Below, one piece after another: positions 14,781 to 27,149 of a DNA stretch of 64,000 bases (position 1 is its first letter; the number at the start of each line of letters is the position of its first letter). Where the stretch lies: NCBI RefSeq assembly GCF_009914755.1, contig NC_060940.1; one strand, written 5' to 3'. This stretch comes from the human T2T-CHM13v2.0 reference genome, Homo sapiens. The notes below the pieces were generated by a model. That model searched no databases. It had not been told where the DNA came from and saw nothing but the letters and a program-made list of their open reading frames with translations. Both the position numbers and the translations under genes were made by a program.

Positions 14781-16559
14781 TGTTGCATTTATAGTTTCTT
14801 GATCTGGACATGGCCTGGCATGTACTAGTATGTCAGGCTTGTAAAAATAGAAAGCTCAATAAAATATAAACACACTCATGTTAGCAAAGCAGATGCTCTA
14901 ATGACAACTCTGACCTTGATAAGTTGGAATTGATCCAACACTTAAAAACGGAGCTAACAAAAACTTAGAAATTGAACTAATATAGAATTTTCACTAAAGA
15001 CATGAAGAGCATTGAAAACTCTAATTCATTTGAAGCTAAATAATGCTGGCATTCATCTTGCAAAAGCAGCCATGTATTCCACAACAAATTTTTGAGCACT
15101 GTTCGGAGCCAGAGACTGTTGGGTATTGGAAATACAAGTTTAAATGAAATAGGTTTGGTATTGACCATCATAGGGTTGGCAGGTTTGTGTCTTGTTTCTT
15201 AGGCGCTTCCCATGGCTGCTGAGGAAATAGCTGTTATCCTGCCTCTGTTTGTCTCCAGTTTGTATCTCTGCTTTGTCTTCATCCAGCCCTGAGTTTATTT
15301 ATCCATTTATTTATTCATTCAAGAAATCTTTGTTGAGCACCTACTATGTACCAAGCATGGTAGATACAGCAGTGAATGGTACAGATAAAAATTCCTCCCC
15401 TAGAGAAGCTTCTTCCTAGTGGAGCTTATATTCTGATTATTCTAGGTTTGTTTCAAGGGTTTCATCTCCCCGAGATCACATGTGACACATCCTTAAATGG
15501 AAGCCTGGGACCTTCTCACTTGTTCAGCATTTAGATCTCAATAACTGATCCAAACCTTCCTGGTATGACATTCCATTATGTCCTTGGGCCCTGTCCTTGA
15601 TCCCTGCTATATTATTTACTCTGCATTCCCTGGCCCTTTAGGCTTAACTCTGCCTTCCAACCCTGAATAATTCCTTGGTTTGGTCCTAAAAACTTGATGG
15701 AGATCCCAGGCTTGTGCTCCAGGCATTGTGCAGGACTACAAAGATGAGTAGGACAGGAACACGGGTTTTCAAGGAGCACAGCATGTCATGAGGGTGAGAG
15801 ATGCACGAATGATACAATGAACTTGGTGAGGGAAGTGAGGAAAGAGGCAGCTCAGACTTCCCAAGGGAGGGCTCACCTTATCTGAATCTTGTGGGATGGA
15901 GAAGATGTGGTGAAGGACAGGTGGGCCGTTGAGAGGGAGGTGAAAGACCGTACAGGTTGGAGGAGAAGCAAGAACAGATGCTGGAAGATAAGATGGGAAT
16001 GAGCAGGAAGCAGGGGGTAAGATCATGGTTTCATTGTTCCTTTCTGTTCAACAATATGTGTGGGCTGCCGCTGTCTCCCAAGCCCTGAGCTCAACCCCAG
16101 GACAAGGCTAGTGAATAGAACAGACCCAGCTCTTTCCGGTCAATGATGGGGACAGGCAAGAAGCAAGCTGCAAACCTCAGCTTTGTGATGAGTGCTCAGA
16201 GACATATGAGCACTCATCACAGTAGAGGAGCAAAAATGGCAGCTAGGGTCCTGCGTGGACAGTCAGGAAAGGCCCCTCTGCCAAGGTGACCTAGAGCTGA
16301 GGCCTGAAGGTTGAGAAGGAGCTGGCTCTGGGGAGAACAGGGAAAGGAGCCAGCCAGGTGGAGTGCTGAGCAGGGAAGGACTGAGGAAGTTATTTCAGGG
16401 ACTCCAGAAGGAATGTGCCCAGAGCGTGGAGGAAAAAGCAGGGGTTTGGGGGTGGGGGCGGAAGGAGCAGGTGGTATTACATTTTGCCTCTGTGTAGAGA
16501 GTGGGTATGGTTGTGAAGGAGAGAAGATGGGGTACACCTGGAGGAATCTGATCATACTT

Positions 16560-16910
16560 GCATTTTCAAAATATAATAATAATAATTGCACAGTGATGAC
16601 ATTAAGATAATTAGTGTGTGTGTTACAATGCATAATGTAACATTAAGATAATTTTAGTGTGAAAATGGGAAGGTGGTTAAACAAAAGTCTTTATCAGTTA
16701 GCGCTCTATGCAGAGCTCTTTACAGGGGAAAGGATCTAAGATTTACTTTAAAATAGTTTGGAAAAATAAGTGCGGGAAGAGATAAAACAACATTGGCAAA
16801 ATGATGTTGATTGCTGAAGCTGGGTTTGGGGTACATGAGGGTCATTAAATGATTCTATATTTTGGATGTTTGAAATTTTTCATAACAAAAGTGTTTTAAG
16901 ATTTGTAAAA
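16560..16910 (+). mobile_element. L1MC/ME 3' UTR end
   Basis: ttggcaaaatgatgttgattgctgaagctggg...tacatgagggtcatt...gtttgaaatttttcataacaaaa. Confidence 0.65.
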
Positions 16911-17024
16911 AAATTATATGCAGTAAATGCCCAATAAATAGGAAATTGTTAATAACAGTTGCTGTTTATTGAGAAGCTACTGCATGGCAGATTTCGAGTT
17001 AATTAGTATATTATATACATAAGC

Positions 17025-18155
17025 TTAGGTGTCCCTACACTTTTAAAATTGTACACCCATCTACAAAAGTGATTTGAAGCATATGCCACTGATAGAATTA
17101 CATTTGATTAGCCACTTACACAATGTCAAACGGTGTGTTTTGAGTATCTTATGAAACATACACAATTTTTAAGCAATTTTTAAAGGAAGAAATTAAGTTA
17201 CAATAAACAATATTTGATGTGTTGCTAATTGTGGTGGCCATGTACTATCATTAGATGGTATCTCCAGGTACAAGTTAGACATAGAGAAAAAATTTTGATT
17301 AATAAGAATGGGTATAAATCCATATTCCAAACCATTTTATGATAATTTCCTTTGAATGGGTGGTGGGCAGTGTTTTGTCAGCATGGATCATATCATCATT
17401 TATTTTGCCTTTTAAGGTGGTGCATGAAGAAACCAAACAGAAGTGGAAGAAGGGTGAGTTCCATCATTTTTCGGCTGCTCACTTATATTTATCTATTAGT
17501 ACTTTAATAAATAGATTCTTAGCAAGAATGTCTTTTAAGTCATAAAACTTGGTATTATAACCCTTAAACTTACCCAGGCACATATAAATTGCCATACGAG
17601 GCAATTCACTAAAAACGAGTGAATGAATGAGGGGGTGTCAGCAGCTACTTTGCATTGTAAAATAAAGAAAAAAGTTGACATACAGATCAAATATAAGCCT
17701 GGGCACAGTGGCTCATGCCTGGAATCCCAGCGCTTTGGGAGGCTGAGGTGGGCAGATCCCTTGAGCTCAGGAGTTTGAGACCAGCCTGGGCAACATGACA
17801 AAACCCTGTCTCTATAAAAAATACAAAATTTAACTAGGTGTGGTGATACATGCCTGTAGTCCCAGCTACTTAGGGGACTGGGGTAGGAGGATCACTTGAG
17901 CCAGGGAGATAGAGGCTGCAGTGAGCCATGATTGCATCACTGCAATCAAGCCTGGGTGACAGAGTGAGACCCTATGTCAAAAAAAAAAAAAAAAAAAAAA
18001 GTGGGTGGCAAGTGTCTGTATATACATACATATTATGAAAGCTTAATTTTCTTTGGAGACAAATCAATTACAAGTAGAAATTCTAATTCTTTCTGTACCG
18101 CAGTGGAGCATCATGAGCCCCACCTTGGAGTGTGTGCGCTCCACTTTGGAGAGCT
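17025..18155. mobile_element. Charlie4/MER113-like hAT element, split by an AluJ
   Basis: acttttaaaattgtacaccc... start and ...gcgctccactttggagagc end resemble MER113/Charlie4 termini. Confidence 0.4.
17696..18000 (+). mobile_element. AluJ SINE with poly(A) tail
   Basis: ttgagctcaggagtttgagaccagcctgggcaacatg and gaggctgcagtgagccatgat (J diagnostics); A-tract ending at 18000. Confidence 0.93.
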
Positions 18156-19567
18156 TTTTATTGATTTCTGAGTACTCTTGGTAACCCTGTAAGGCGGACA
18201 TTTTGCACATAAGAAAAATGAGCCCGGGTAGGTTAAATGATTTGCCCTAGGGGCATGGTTGTTAAGAAGCAGATCAGGATTGGAACTCAGGGATGACAGA
18301 CTGAAAGTTCCTTACTTATTAATAATAGTGCTAACTGCCAGTCCTTAGTATTGGCTATAGACGGGACAGTCATGTGGGTACCATGATCTCTGTGACATAG
18401 AAGACAGAAAGTCGGCAAGGCAAAGTAACTTTTTTATGCTCATACTGGTCTGTCTGACCCTAGAGTCCAACTGTCTGCACGTGAACCCTAATTCACCACT
18501 AAACTAGAGTACATGATTTACCTTCCCCAGTTCTCAGTTTTCTCATCTTTAAAATGGGCCAATAAGAACACCTAACTCATAGAGCTTTTGCAAGTTCTAA
18601 ATGAGACCATGAATGTGAATGTGAATAGTATCTATAATTATTATTGTTCTCTATTCTGGAGGTAAGAGTGTGGAAGAAGCTTAAATGCCAAAGCATCAGA
18701 AGTACTCTAAAATATCAATGTATATTATTGGGATGAAGGAATGAGTTGCCCGATAGGCTCCTCCATTTTCTCAAACAGGCTCTATGCCTGGACTCTGGTC
18801 TTGCATTTCACCCACGGTGAAGCTGCCCGAGGCCTCATGCTCTCTTGGGCAGAAGCCTGGCAATTTCCCTTGCCTGGTTTGAATCTTGTCCAACTATATC
18901 TGCAGTAGGCTATAACCCTACCATTTTCCTCCTGGCACTAGGAATAAAAATTGGGCTCATCAATTTTTACTATTGAATCAGGAAACCTGGAGAGAAAAAG
19001 GCCAGCGTGGACAGGGCTCCCAAATTTATGTGGCAGGGACACAAATAATGTCTTGCCGTCTGACAGCAGATATAGGCCTGGAATTTCTGCAAAGGCTTTC
19101 CAACTCACAACATATTTTAATGCCATATTTGAGCTCTATGGCAGAAAGGCTCTCTCTGGACACTGGAGCACAGCTGTGAAAAAAAAAATTGATCTACTCC
19201 TAAGATTTAAGTATGCTGCAAATTAAAAAAGAAATTTTCAGGTGGTTCACGTAAAGGGAGGACCATCTGTCAAGAGGACCCAGAGTCACAGCAATGCCCA
19301 AAGTGGACCTGTGAGAAGACTATGATTTACCGGGCATTTACAACAGGCCTCTCTCTGTGCCAAACGTTTCTATCTATTATCTCATTGAAAGCTTGTAACA
19401 GCCATATGAGGTTGGTACTGATACCACTCAGAATCCTACATGGAAACAGATGATACAGTAAAATTATGATAACTAGAGGAGGGTTACTTTGAAAGGGTAC
19501 TATGTTTTACAAAAAAGAAATGGTTGGCTTAGGGGTGGTAACAGCTCTGTTGCTACCTTCTTTACAA

Positions 19568-19899
19568 AGGAAAAGAATGGGGATTTGGAAATGGAGCTCT
19601 TGGAAATTCTGTGGGAGTTGGCATGTCAGCATTTTAGGGCACTTAGTCACATTCTGTATCCAGGGTGCACAGTAGCCCATGTTGCAGACCTCCCAGAAGG
19701 AGGCCATCAGGACTTTGGGCATCTTGGAAGCAGCCTTTCAAAACCATTAATGCTGCTAAGGGAGGGCAAGAAGGGTGGAGCCTGGGTGGATCAGATCTCT
19801 ATTCATTGTGGGTCCAGGTGGTCACTGCATCTCAGGGTTTCAGCATTGGGGTGGACCGTTAGTTGCTGTCCAGAACATCACGTTTTCACTTTTTACCTT
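19568..19899 (+). repeat. Local duplication A, derived copy of 20766-21102
   Basis: aggaaaagaatggggatttggaaatggagctcttggaaattctgtgggagttggcatgtc...agaacatcac...tttttacctt occurs at both positions. Confidence 0.95.
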
Positions 19900-20175
19900 C
19901 TTTACAAAGGTAGCAACAGAGATGTTACCACCCCTAAGCCAAAAACATGAGGAGAGGTAGCAGTTGCCAGAACCCAGAAGGAGAAGAGCCTGCCTCGGGT
20001 AGAGTAGGGGTCTTTGATGGGGGTACACAGGCAGCTTAAGGTAACACCTTGGAGTGGGAGCAGTGGGAATCAATAGCTTAACCTTCCTCTCCTTCCTCTG
20101 CTGATTCCTGCTAGGCTTACCCACTGGCTGAAGTCAACCAGAATCCAGAGGGCAAGAAAACCTGCTGGGGTAGTC

Positions 20176-20497
20176 CAGGGTTTATCAACCTCTGAACTGT
20201 TGACGTTTAAGATTGAATAATTCTTTATTGTAGAGAACTATCCTATGCATTGCAGCATGTTTAACAGCATCCCTAGCCCCTACCCATCAGACACTGAAAA
20301 CCTTTGACTCCATGTCTCACATCCAGGCCACATTGATGCAAGGGGTAGGCTCCCAAAGCCTTGGTCTGCTCTGCTCTTGTGGCTTTGCAGGGTACATTTT
20401 ATTTTTTTTTGCATTTTGTGATATGCAAAAATGTCTCTAGATATTTCCAAATGTCCATGGGGAGGTGAGTGGGAACTGTCCTGGATGGGAACCACTG
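20176..20497 (-). mobile_element. MER20 carrying a foreign THE1-int insert at 20301-20396
   Basis: cagggtttatcaacctc...tgcattgcagcatgtttaacagcatccc...aaaatgtctctagatatttccaaatgtcc...gaaccactg. Confidence 0.85.
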
Positions 20498-20765
20498 GTA
20501 TGGTTCATGTAGGTTACTCTCCCTGGAAGAGAGCAGGATGTCGATGTGTAGAGAGTAGATCTGGAGAAAAGAACCAAGAGAGAACTTACATTATTCTCAT
20601 TTCATTGCCAAGGAAACTGAGGCTCAAGCAAATCAATTAACTTCCTCAAACACACACAGATTGTGAAGGCAGAAGCCAGTTTGCAAACCTAGGTCTGTTT
20701 GATCTCAACACCAGAACTTATAATCACAAGCCTCATTCCATATTCACAGATTGGAAATATCCCAG

Positions 20766-21102
20766 AGGAAAAGAATGGGGATTTGGAAATGGAGCTCTTG
20801 GAAATTCTGTGGGAGTTGGCATGTCTGCATTTTAGGGCACTTACTCACGTTCTGAATCCAGAGTGCACAAAAGCCCATGTTGCAGACCTCTCAGCAAAAG
20901 GAGGCCATCAGACACATAGGACTTTGGGCATCTTGGAAGCAGCCTTTCAAAACCATTATTGCCCCTAAGGGACGAGCAAGAAGGATGAAGCTTGCGTGGA
21001 TCAGTTCTCTATTCATTGTGGGTCTAGGGGGCCACTGCATCTCAGAGTTTCACCACTTGGGTAGGTTGTTAGTTGCTGTCTAGAACATCACCTTTTTACC
21101 TT
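20766..21102 (+). repeat. Local duplication A, probable donor copy
   Basis: Collinear with 19568-19899, with an extra ACACATAG. Confidence 0.95.
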
Positions 21103-21109
21103 TCACTCT

Positions 21110-21185
21110 CTTTCAGTTTCCTTCCTTCCTTCCATCTATCTGTCCTTCCTTTCTTTCCTCCCTTCCTTCCTTCCTTTTCTCTCTC
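21110..21185. repeat. (TTCC)n-like low-complexity repeat
   Basis: ttccttccttccttcc... Confidence 0.8.
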
Positions 21186-23374
21186 AACCCTTTAAAGTGG
21201 TATTATAGTAAGTATATTTCAAGAGGTAGAAGCCACTCAAATACCTGTGAACAGGTGAATAAACAAAACAATAATGGCAAATGCTTATCTAGGAGTTACT
21301 ACATGCCAAATATATTAGGCCATTCTCACATTGCTATAAAGAACTTCCTGAAACTGGGTAATTTATAAAGAAAAAATGTTTAATTGGCTCACAGTTCTGC
21401 AGGATGTATAGGTAGCATAGTTGGGGAGGGCTCAGGAAACTTTCAGTCATGGCAGAAGGCAAAAGGGGAAGCAGGCATGTCTTCACATGGTAGAGCAGGA
21501 GGGAGAGAGTGAATGGAGAGGTGCTATACACTTTTAAATAACCAGATCTCATCAGAACTCACTCAGTGTCATGAAAATAGCAAGGGGGAAATCTGCTCCC
21601 ATGATGTAATCTCCTCCCACCCTGCCCCTCCTCTAATATTGGGGAATACAATTCAACATGAGATTTGAGCAGGGACACAAATCCAAACCATATCTTTCTA
21701 CCCCCGGCCCCTCCCAAGTCTCATGTCCTTCTCACATTGCAAAATACAATTATCCCTTCTCAATAGTCTCCAGTCTTAACTCATTTCAGCATTAACTCAA
21801 AAGTCCAAGTCCAAAGTTTCATCTGAGACAAAGTGAGTCCCTTCCACCTATGAGCCTGTAAAATAAAAAACAAGTTAGTTGATTCCAAGTTATAATGGGG
21901 GTATAGGCATTGGGTAAATATTCCCTTTCCAAAAAACAGAAATCAAATGAAACAAAGGGGCTACAGGCCCCATGCAAGTCAGACACCCAGCAGGGCGGTC
22001 ATTAAATCTTAAAACTCCAAAACAATCTCCTTTGACTCCATGTGTCACATCCAGGTCACACTGGCACAAGGGGTAGGCTCCCAAGGCCTTGGGCAGCCCT
22101 GCTCCTGTGGCTTTGCAGGGTATAGCTTCTGCGGCTGTCTTCATAGCTGGTGTTGAGTGCCTGCTGCTTTTTCCAAGCACATAGTGCAAGCTGTCAGTGG
22201 ATCTACCATTCTAGGGTCTGGAGGATGGTGGCCCTCTTCTCACAGCTCCACTAGGCAGTGCCCCAGTGGGAACTCTGTGTGGGGCCTCCAACCCCACGTT
22301 TTCTCTCCAGATTGCTCCAGTAGAGGATTTCCATGTCTCCTGCATGGACATTCCCATGTCTTCTGCCTGTACATCCAGGTGTTTCCCTACATCCTCTGAA
22401 ATCTAGGTACAGGCTCCTAAGCCTCAAATATTGCCCCCTGTGCACCCACAGGCTTAATACCACATGGAAGCCACCAAACCTTATGGTTTATACTTTCTGG
22501 AGCAGTGGCTTGAGACGTATTTGGGACCCTTTTAGCTACAGCTGGAGCTGGAGTGGCTGCAACACAGGGAGCAGTGTCCTGAGATTGTGGAGGGCAGCAG
22601 ATCCCCGAGTTTGGCCCAGGAAGCCATTCTCTCTTCCTAGGCCTCCAGGCCTATGATGAGAGGGGCTGCCATGAAGGTGTCTGAAATGTCTTTGAGGCAT
22701 TTTCCCTGTTGTCTTGGCTATTGACATTTGGCTTCTCTTTACTTATGCAAATTTTTGCAGCTAGCTTGAATTCCTCCCCCAAAAATGGGTTTTTCTTTTC
22801 TGCTACATGGCCAGGATGCAAATTTTCTAAGCTTTTATGCTCTGCTTCCCTTTTAAATATAATTTCCAGTTTCAGGTCATGTCTTTGCTGAAGTATATGA
22901 CTACACACTGTTAGAAGCAGCCAGGCCATATATTGAACGTTTTTGCTACTTAGAAATTTCTTCTGCCGGGTACCCTAAATCATCTCTTTCAAGTTCCAAG
23001 TTCCCCACGTCTCTAGGGCAGCAGCAGAATGCCACCAACTCTTTACTAATGCATAACAGAAGTGACCTTTACTCCAGTTCCCAATAAATTTCTCATCTCC
23101 TTCTGAGACAACCTCAGCCTGGACTTCATTGTCCACATCACTATCAGCATTTTGGTTACGACAATTTAAAGGTCTCCAGGAAGTTCTGAATATTCTCTCT
23201 TTTTCCTGTTTTCTTCTGAGCCCTCCAAACTGTTTCAACCTCTGCCCATTACCCGGTTCTAAAGCTATTTCCACATTTTCAGTTATCTTTATGGCAATGC
23301 TCCACCTCCCAGTACCAATTTTCTGTATTAGTCCATTCTCACATTGCTATAAGTAACTACCTGAGGCTGGCAAT

Positions 23375-25723
23375 TGATTTGGTTTGCTGTGCCCGCACTG
23401 AAATCTAATCTTGAATTGCAGTTTCCATAATCCCCATGTGTCATGGGAGGGACCCAGTGGGAGTGTAACTGAATCATGGTGGCAGTTTCTCCCATGCTAT
23501 TCTCATGATAGTGAGTGAGTTCTCATGAGATCTGATGGTTTTATAAGGGGCTTACCCCTTTGCTCAATTTTCATTCTTTTCTCTCCTTCTACGTTTTGAA
23601 GGATGCGTTTGCTTCCCCTTCTGCCATGAGCGTAAGTTTCCTGAGGTCTTCCCAGCCCTGTGGAACTGTGAGTCAATTAAACCTCTTTTCTTTTAATATT
23701 ATAAATTACTTAGTCTTGGGCATGTCTTTATTAGTAATGTGAGAATGGACTAATATGGTAAATTGGTATTGCAGAGAATGGGGCACTGCTATAAAGATAC
23801 TTGAAAATGTGGAAGTGGCTTTGGAACTGAGTAACAGGCAGAGGTTGGAACCATTTCGAGGGCTCAGAAGATGACAGGAAAATGTGGGAAATTTGGGAAC
23901 TTCCTAGAGTCTTGGAGGGCTCAGAAGACAGGAATATGTGGGAAAGTTTGGAACTTCCTAGAGACTTGTTGAATGGCTTTGGCCAAAATGCTTATAGTGA
24001 TACGGACAACGAAGTCCAGGCTAAGGTGGTCTCAGATAAAGATAAAGAACTTGTTGGGAACTGGAGTAAAGGTCACTCTTGTTATGCAAAGAGACTGGCA
24101 GCATTCTGCCCCTGCCTTAGAGACCTGTGGAACTTTGAACTTGAGAGAGATGATTTAGGGTACCTGGTGGAAGAAATTTCTAAGCAGCAAACCATTCAAG
24201 AGGAAGCAGATCATAAAAATTTGGAAAGTTTGCAGACTGAAGATGCAATAGAAAAGAAAACCCCATTTTCTGGGGAGAAATTCAAGCTTGCTGCAGAAAT
24301 TTGCATAAGTAACAAGGATCCAAATATTAATAGCCAAGACGATGGGGAAAATGTCCCCAGGGTATGTCACAGACTCTCACAGCAGCCCCTCACATCACAG
24401 ACCCACAGGCTTAGGAGTGAAAAATGGTTCTGTAGGCCAGGCCCAGGGCCCCCCTGCTCTATGTAGCCTTGGGACATGGTGCCCTGAGTCCTAGCTGTGT
24501 TAGCTCCAGCTGTGGCTGAAAGGGGCAACGTACATGTCAGGCCATTGCTTCAGAAGGTGCAAGCCCCAAGCCTTGGTGGTTTAGACGTGGTGTTAGGCCT
24601 GTGGGTGCACAGAAGTCAAGAACTGAAGTTTGGGAACCTCCACCTAGATTTCAGAAGATGTATGGCAATGCCTGGATGTACAGGCAGAAGTCTCCTGCAG
24701 AGGCAGAGCCGTCATGGAGAACCTCTGCTAGGGCAGTGTGGAAAGGAGATGTAGGGTTGGGGCCCCCACACAGAGTCCCCACTGGGGCACTGCCTAGTGG
24801 AGCTGTGAGAAAAAAGCCACTGTCCTCCAGGCCCCAGAATGGTAGATCCACCAACAACTTGCACTGCACACTTGGAAAAGCTGCAGACAATGCCAGCTGT
24901 GACAGCAGCCAGGAGGGGGGCTACACCCTGCAAAGCCTCAGGGGCAGAACTGCCCAAGGCCATGGGAGCCCACCTCTTGCATCAGTGTGACCTGTATATG
25001 AGACATGGACTCAAAGGAGATCATTTTGGAACTTCAAGGTTTAAGGACTCCCGTATTGAATTTTAGACTTACCTGGGGTCTGTAGCCCCTTTGTTTTGGC
25101 CAGTTTCTCCCATTTGGGTGTATTTACCCAATGTCTGTACCTCCATTGTATCTAGTAAGTAACTAACTTGCTTCTGATTTTACAGGCTCATAAGCAGATG
25201 AGGCTTGCCTTGTCCCAAATGAGACTTTGGACTTGGACTTCTGAGTTAATGATGGAATGAGTTAAGAATTTAGGGGATTGTTGGAAAGGCATGATTGTGT
25301 TTTGAAATGTGAGGACATCAGATTTGGGAGGAGCCAAGGGCAGAATGATATGGTTTGGCTATGTTCCCACCCAAATCTCATCTTGAATTGTAATTCCCAT
25401 AATCCCTACATGTCATGGGAGAGACCCAGTGGGCATGTAATTCAATCATGGGGGCAATTTCTCCTATGCTATTCACGGGATAGTGAGTAAGTTCTCATGA
25501 GATCTGGTGGTTTTATAAAGGGCTTCCCCCTTCGTTTGATTCTTCTTCTTCTCTCTCCTGTCGCCTTGTGGAAAAGGATGTGTTTGCTTCCCCTTCTGCC
25601 ATGATTGTAAGTTTCCTGAGGCCTCCCTAGTCCTGTGGAACTGAGTCGATTAAACCTCTTTCCTTTATAAATTACCTCATCTCAAGTATGTCCTTATTAG
25701 GAACCTGAGAACAGACTAATACA
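23375..25723 (+). mobile_element. Full-length THE1C MaLR element (LTR 23375-23757, internal 23758-25345, LTR 25346-25723) nested in the THE1D LTR
   Basis: TGAT(T/A)TGGTTTG...GACTAATA ends; 5-bp TSD GCAAT/GTAAT; internal begins gtaaattggta and ends ggggcagaa. Confidence 0.92.
23882..24466 (+). pseudogene. Residual MaLR (THE1-int) ORF fragment, 194 aa
   Basis: MWESLELPRDLLNGF...DNEVQA...ELVGNWSKGHSCY...LWNFELERDDLGYLVEEISKQQ is typical THE1/MST internal ORF translation. Confidence 0.6.
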
Positions 25724-26049
25724 GTAATTTATAAAGAAAAGAGGTTTAATTTGCTCACAGTACTGCAGGCTGTAGAGGTGCATGGCTAGGGAGGCCTCAG
25801 GAAACTTTCAATTATGGTGGAAGGCAAATTGGGAAGCAGGCATGTCTTCACATGGTTGAGCAGGAGAGAGAGAAAGTGAAGGTGAAGGTGCTACATACGT
25901 TTAATCAACCAGATGTCATGCGAACTTAATATCACAAGAATAGCAAGGGGGCAATCTGCCTCCATGAACCAATGACCTGCCACCAGGCCCCTCTTCTGCA
26001 AATCTACATGAGATTTGGGTGGAGACACAAACCCAACCCATATCACTAG

Positions 26050-26260
26050 GTGCCATGCTAAGTGCCCTACATCAAATAACTCATATAATATAAAACAAAA
26101 CAAAAAAATCCCCAATAGGCTCTAATAATCCAATTTTACAAATGAGGTGATAGAAGTTCATAGAGATTAAGTGACTTTTCCAAGTCCATACAGCTGGTGA
26201 GTGAGGGACCCTAAATTTGAACCTAGGCTGTTGGCTCCAGGGTCTGTCCTTTTATTACAA
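26050..26260 (-). mobile_element. MIR remnant
   Basis: attttacaaatgagg...agagattaagtgacttttccaagtccatacagct...tttgaacctagg. Confidence 0.7.
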
Positions 26261-27149
26261 AACTAGAGCACTTCCCACACAAATGAATATTTTTATTTTC
26301 TTCAATCAAGTACTTGAATATGACATAGAAATATGTACTTGCTTTTATCAGAGTAATTAAGAAAGAATAAGCTAGACAAATGTGCATAAGTCAAATAACT
26401 CCAAAAATAACGAAGCAGATTATGTTGAAAGTTCAGGCAGGACAGGTCAGCACTGATGGTCATGTGTAAATGACCAAGTAGAAGGAGATGTTCCAAAATG
26501 ATTAATTAGCCAAAAGTCCTCGAGACTCACACTAAGTACACAGACCCAATTGCTCATCTACTAGGAGATGAAACCTCTGGAAAGCTGTACAGATTATAAT
26601 AAAATTTGAATAGAAATTTGTGGATTTTTAATAATGCTAGCCTACCAGAGCAATAAATTAAAATGACAGCATAAGCGGCAAAGAGGTGTAATACCGGCCC
26701 AACAAGATGTTCAAAGCACACAGTTTGTCGTGAGATCCCAAAGCTGCCAAGAAGAAAACCTATGTGAAAAGTTGTACCTAGGAAGTTGTATCATAAGGGT
26801 GTATTGTTTGGGGTTTACTCAGCCTAATGGCCAGGCTTGCATTACCTTAGGGGATTTTTAACCTCAGCTGGTCTGAGAAGTTATTCTTATACTTTGGGTA
26901 TGCTTATGATACATGCAATCAAGGAAACTGTCAAAATATTATAATGAAAACTCTAGGAAGTAATACAAACTGCATTGCAATAACTCTAGATAACTAAAAG
27001 TTCGTTCAAGTATACATATAATGAAACAATGAATGAAATGCTATTTTAGAACCGGTTTTAGTGTGTTTTAGTACATTTGCAAGCATTATCTGTATGTTTT
27101 GTCTGCTCTTGAAGGTGCCTAAAATTTTCAAAAGACTCAGATGTAGCGT

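Larger units (their letters stand above)
19420..20585 (-). mobile_element. LTR33-like ERVL LTR, interrupted by a complex templated insertion and a MER20
   Basis: ggaaacagatgatac...tttacaaa, gttaccacccctaagcc, caaccagaatccagagggcaag and gagagtagatctggag are collinear with LTR33. Confidence 0.6.
21311..26045 (-). mobile_element. Full-length THE1D MaLR element (3' LTR 21311-21695, internal 21696-23323, 5' LTR split into 23324-23374 and 25724-26045)
   Basis: LTR ends T(G/A)TATTAG... and ...CCATATC(A/T); THE1D-type LTR text (aaccagatctcat, agcaagggggaaatctgc); antisense MaLR internal sequence. Confidence 0.9.

Noticed and set aside
19489-19950. 153-aa ORF spanning the inverted-repeat insertion
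   Set aside because: It starts at TTG, has no recognisable domain or splice context, and the donor copy does not keep the frame; its repeated peptide (TFFTK/LLYK) merely reflects the DNA repeats
23860-23970. About 55-bp tandem duplication in THE1C-int (gagggctcagaag...gaacttcctagag twice)
   Set aside because: To my recollection this is a feature of the THE1C internal consensus rather than locus-specific; not verified
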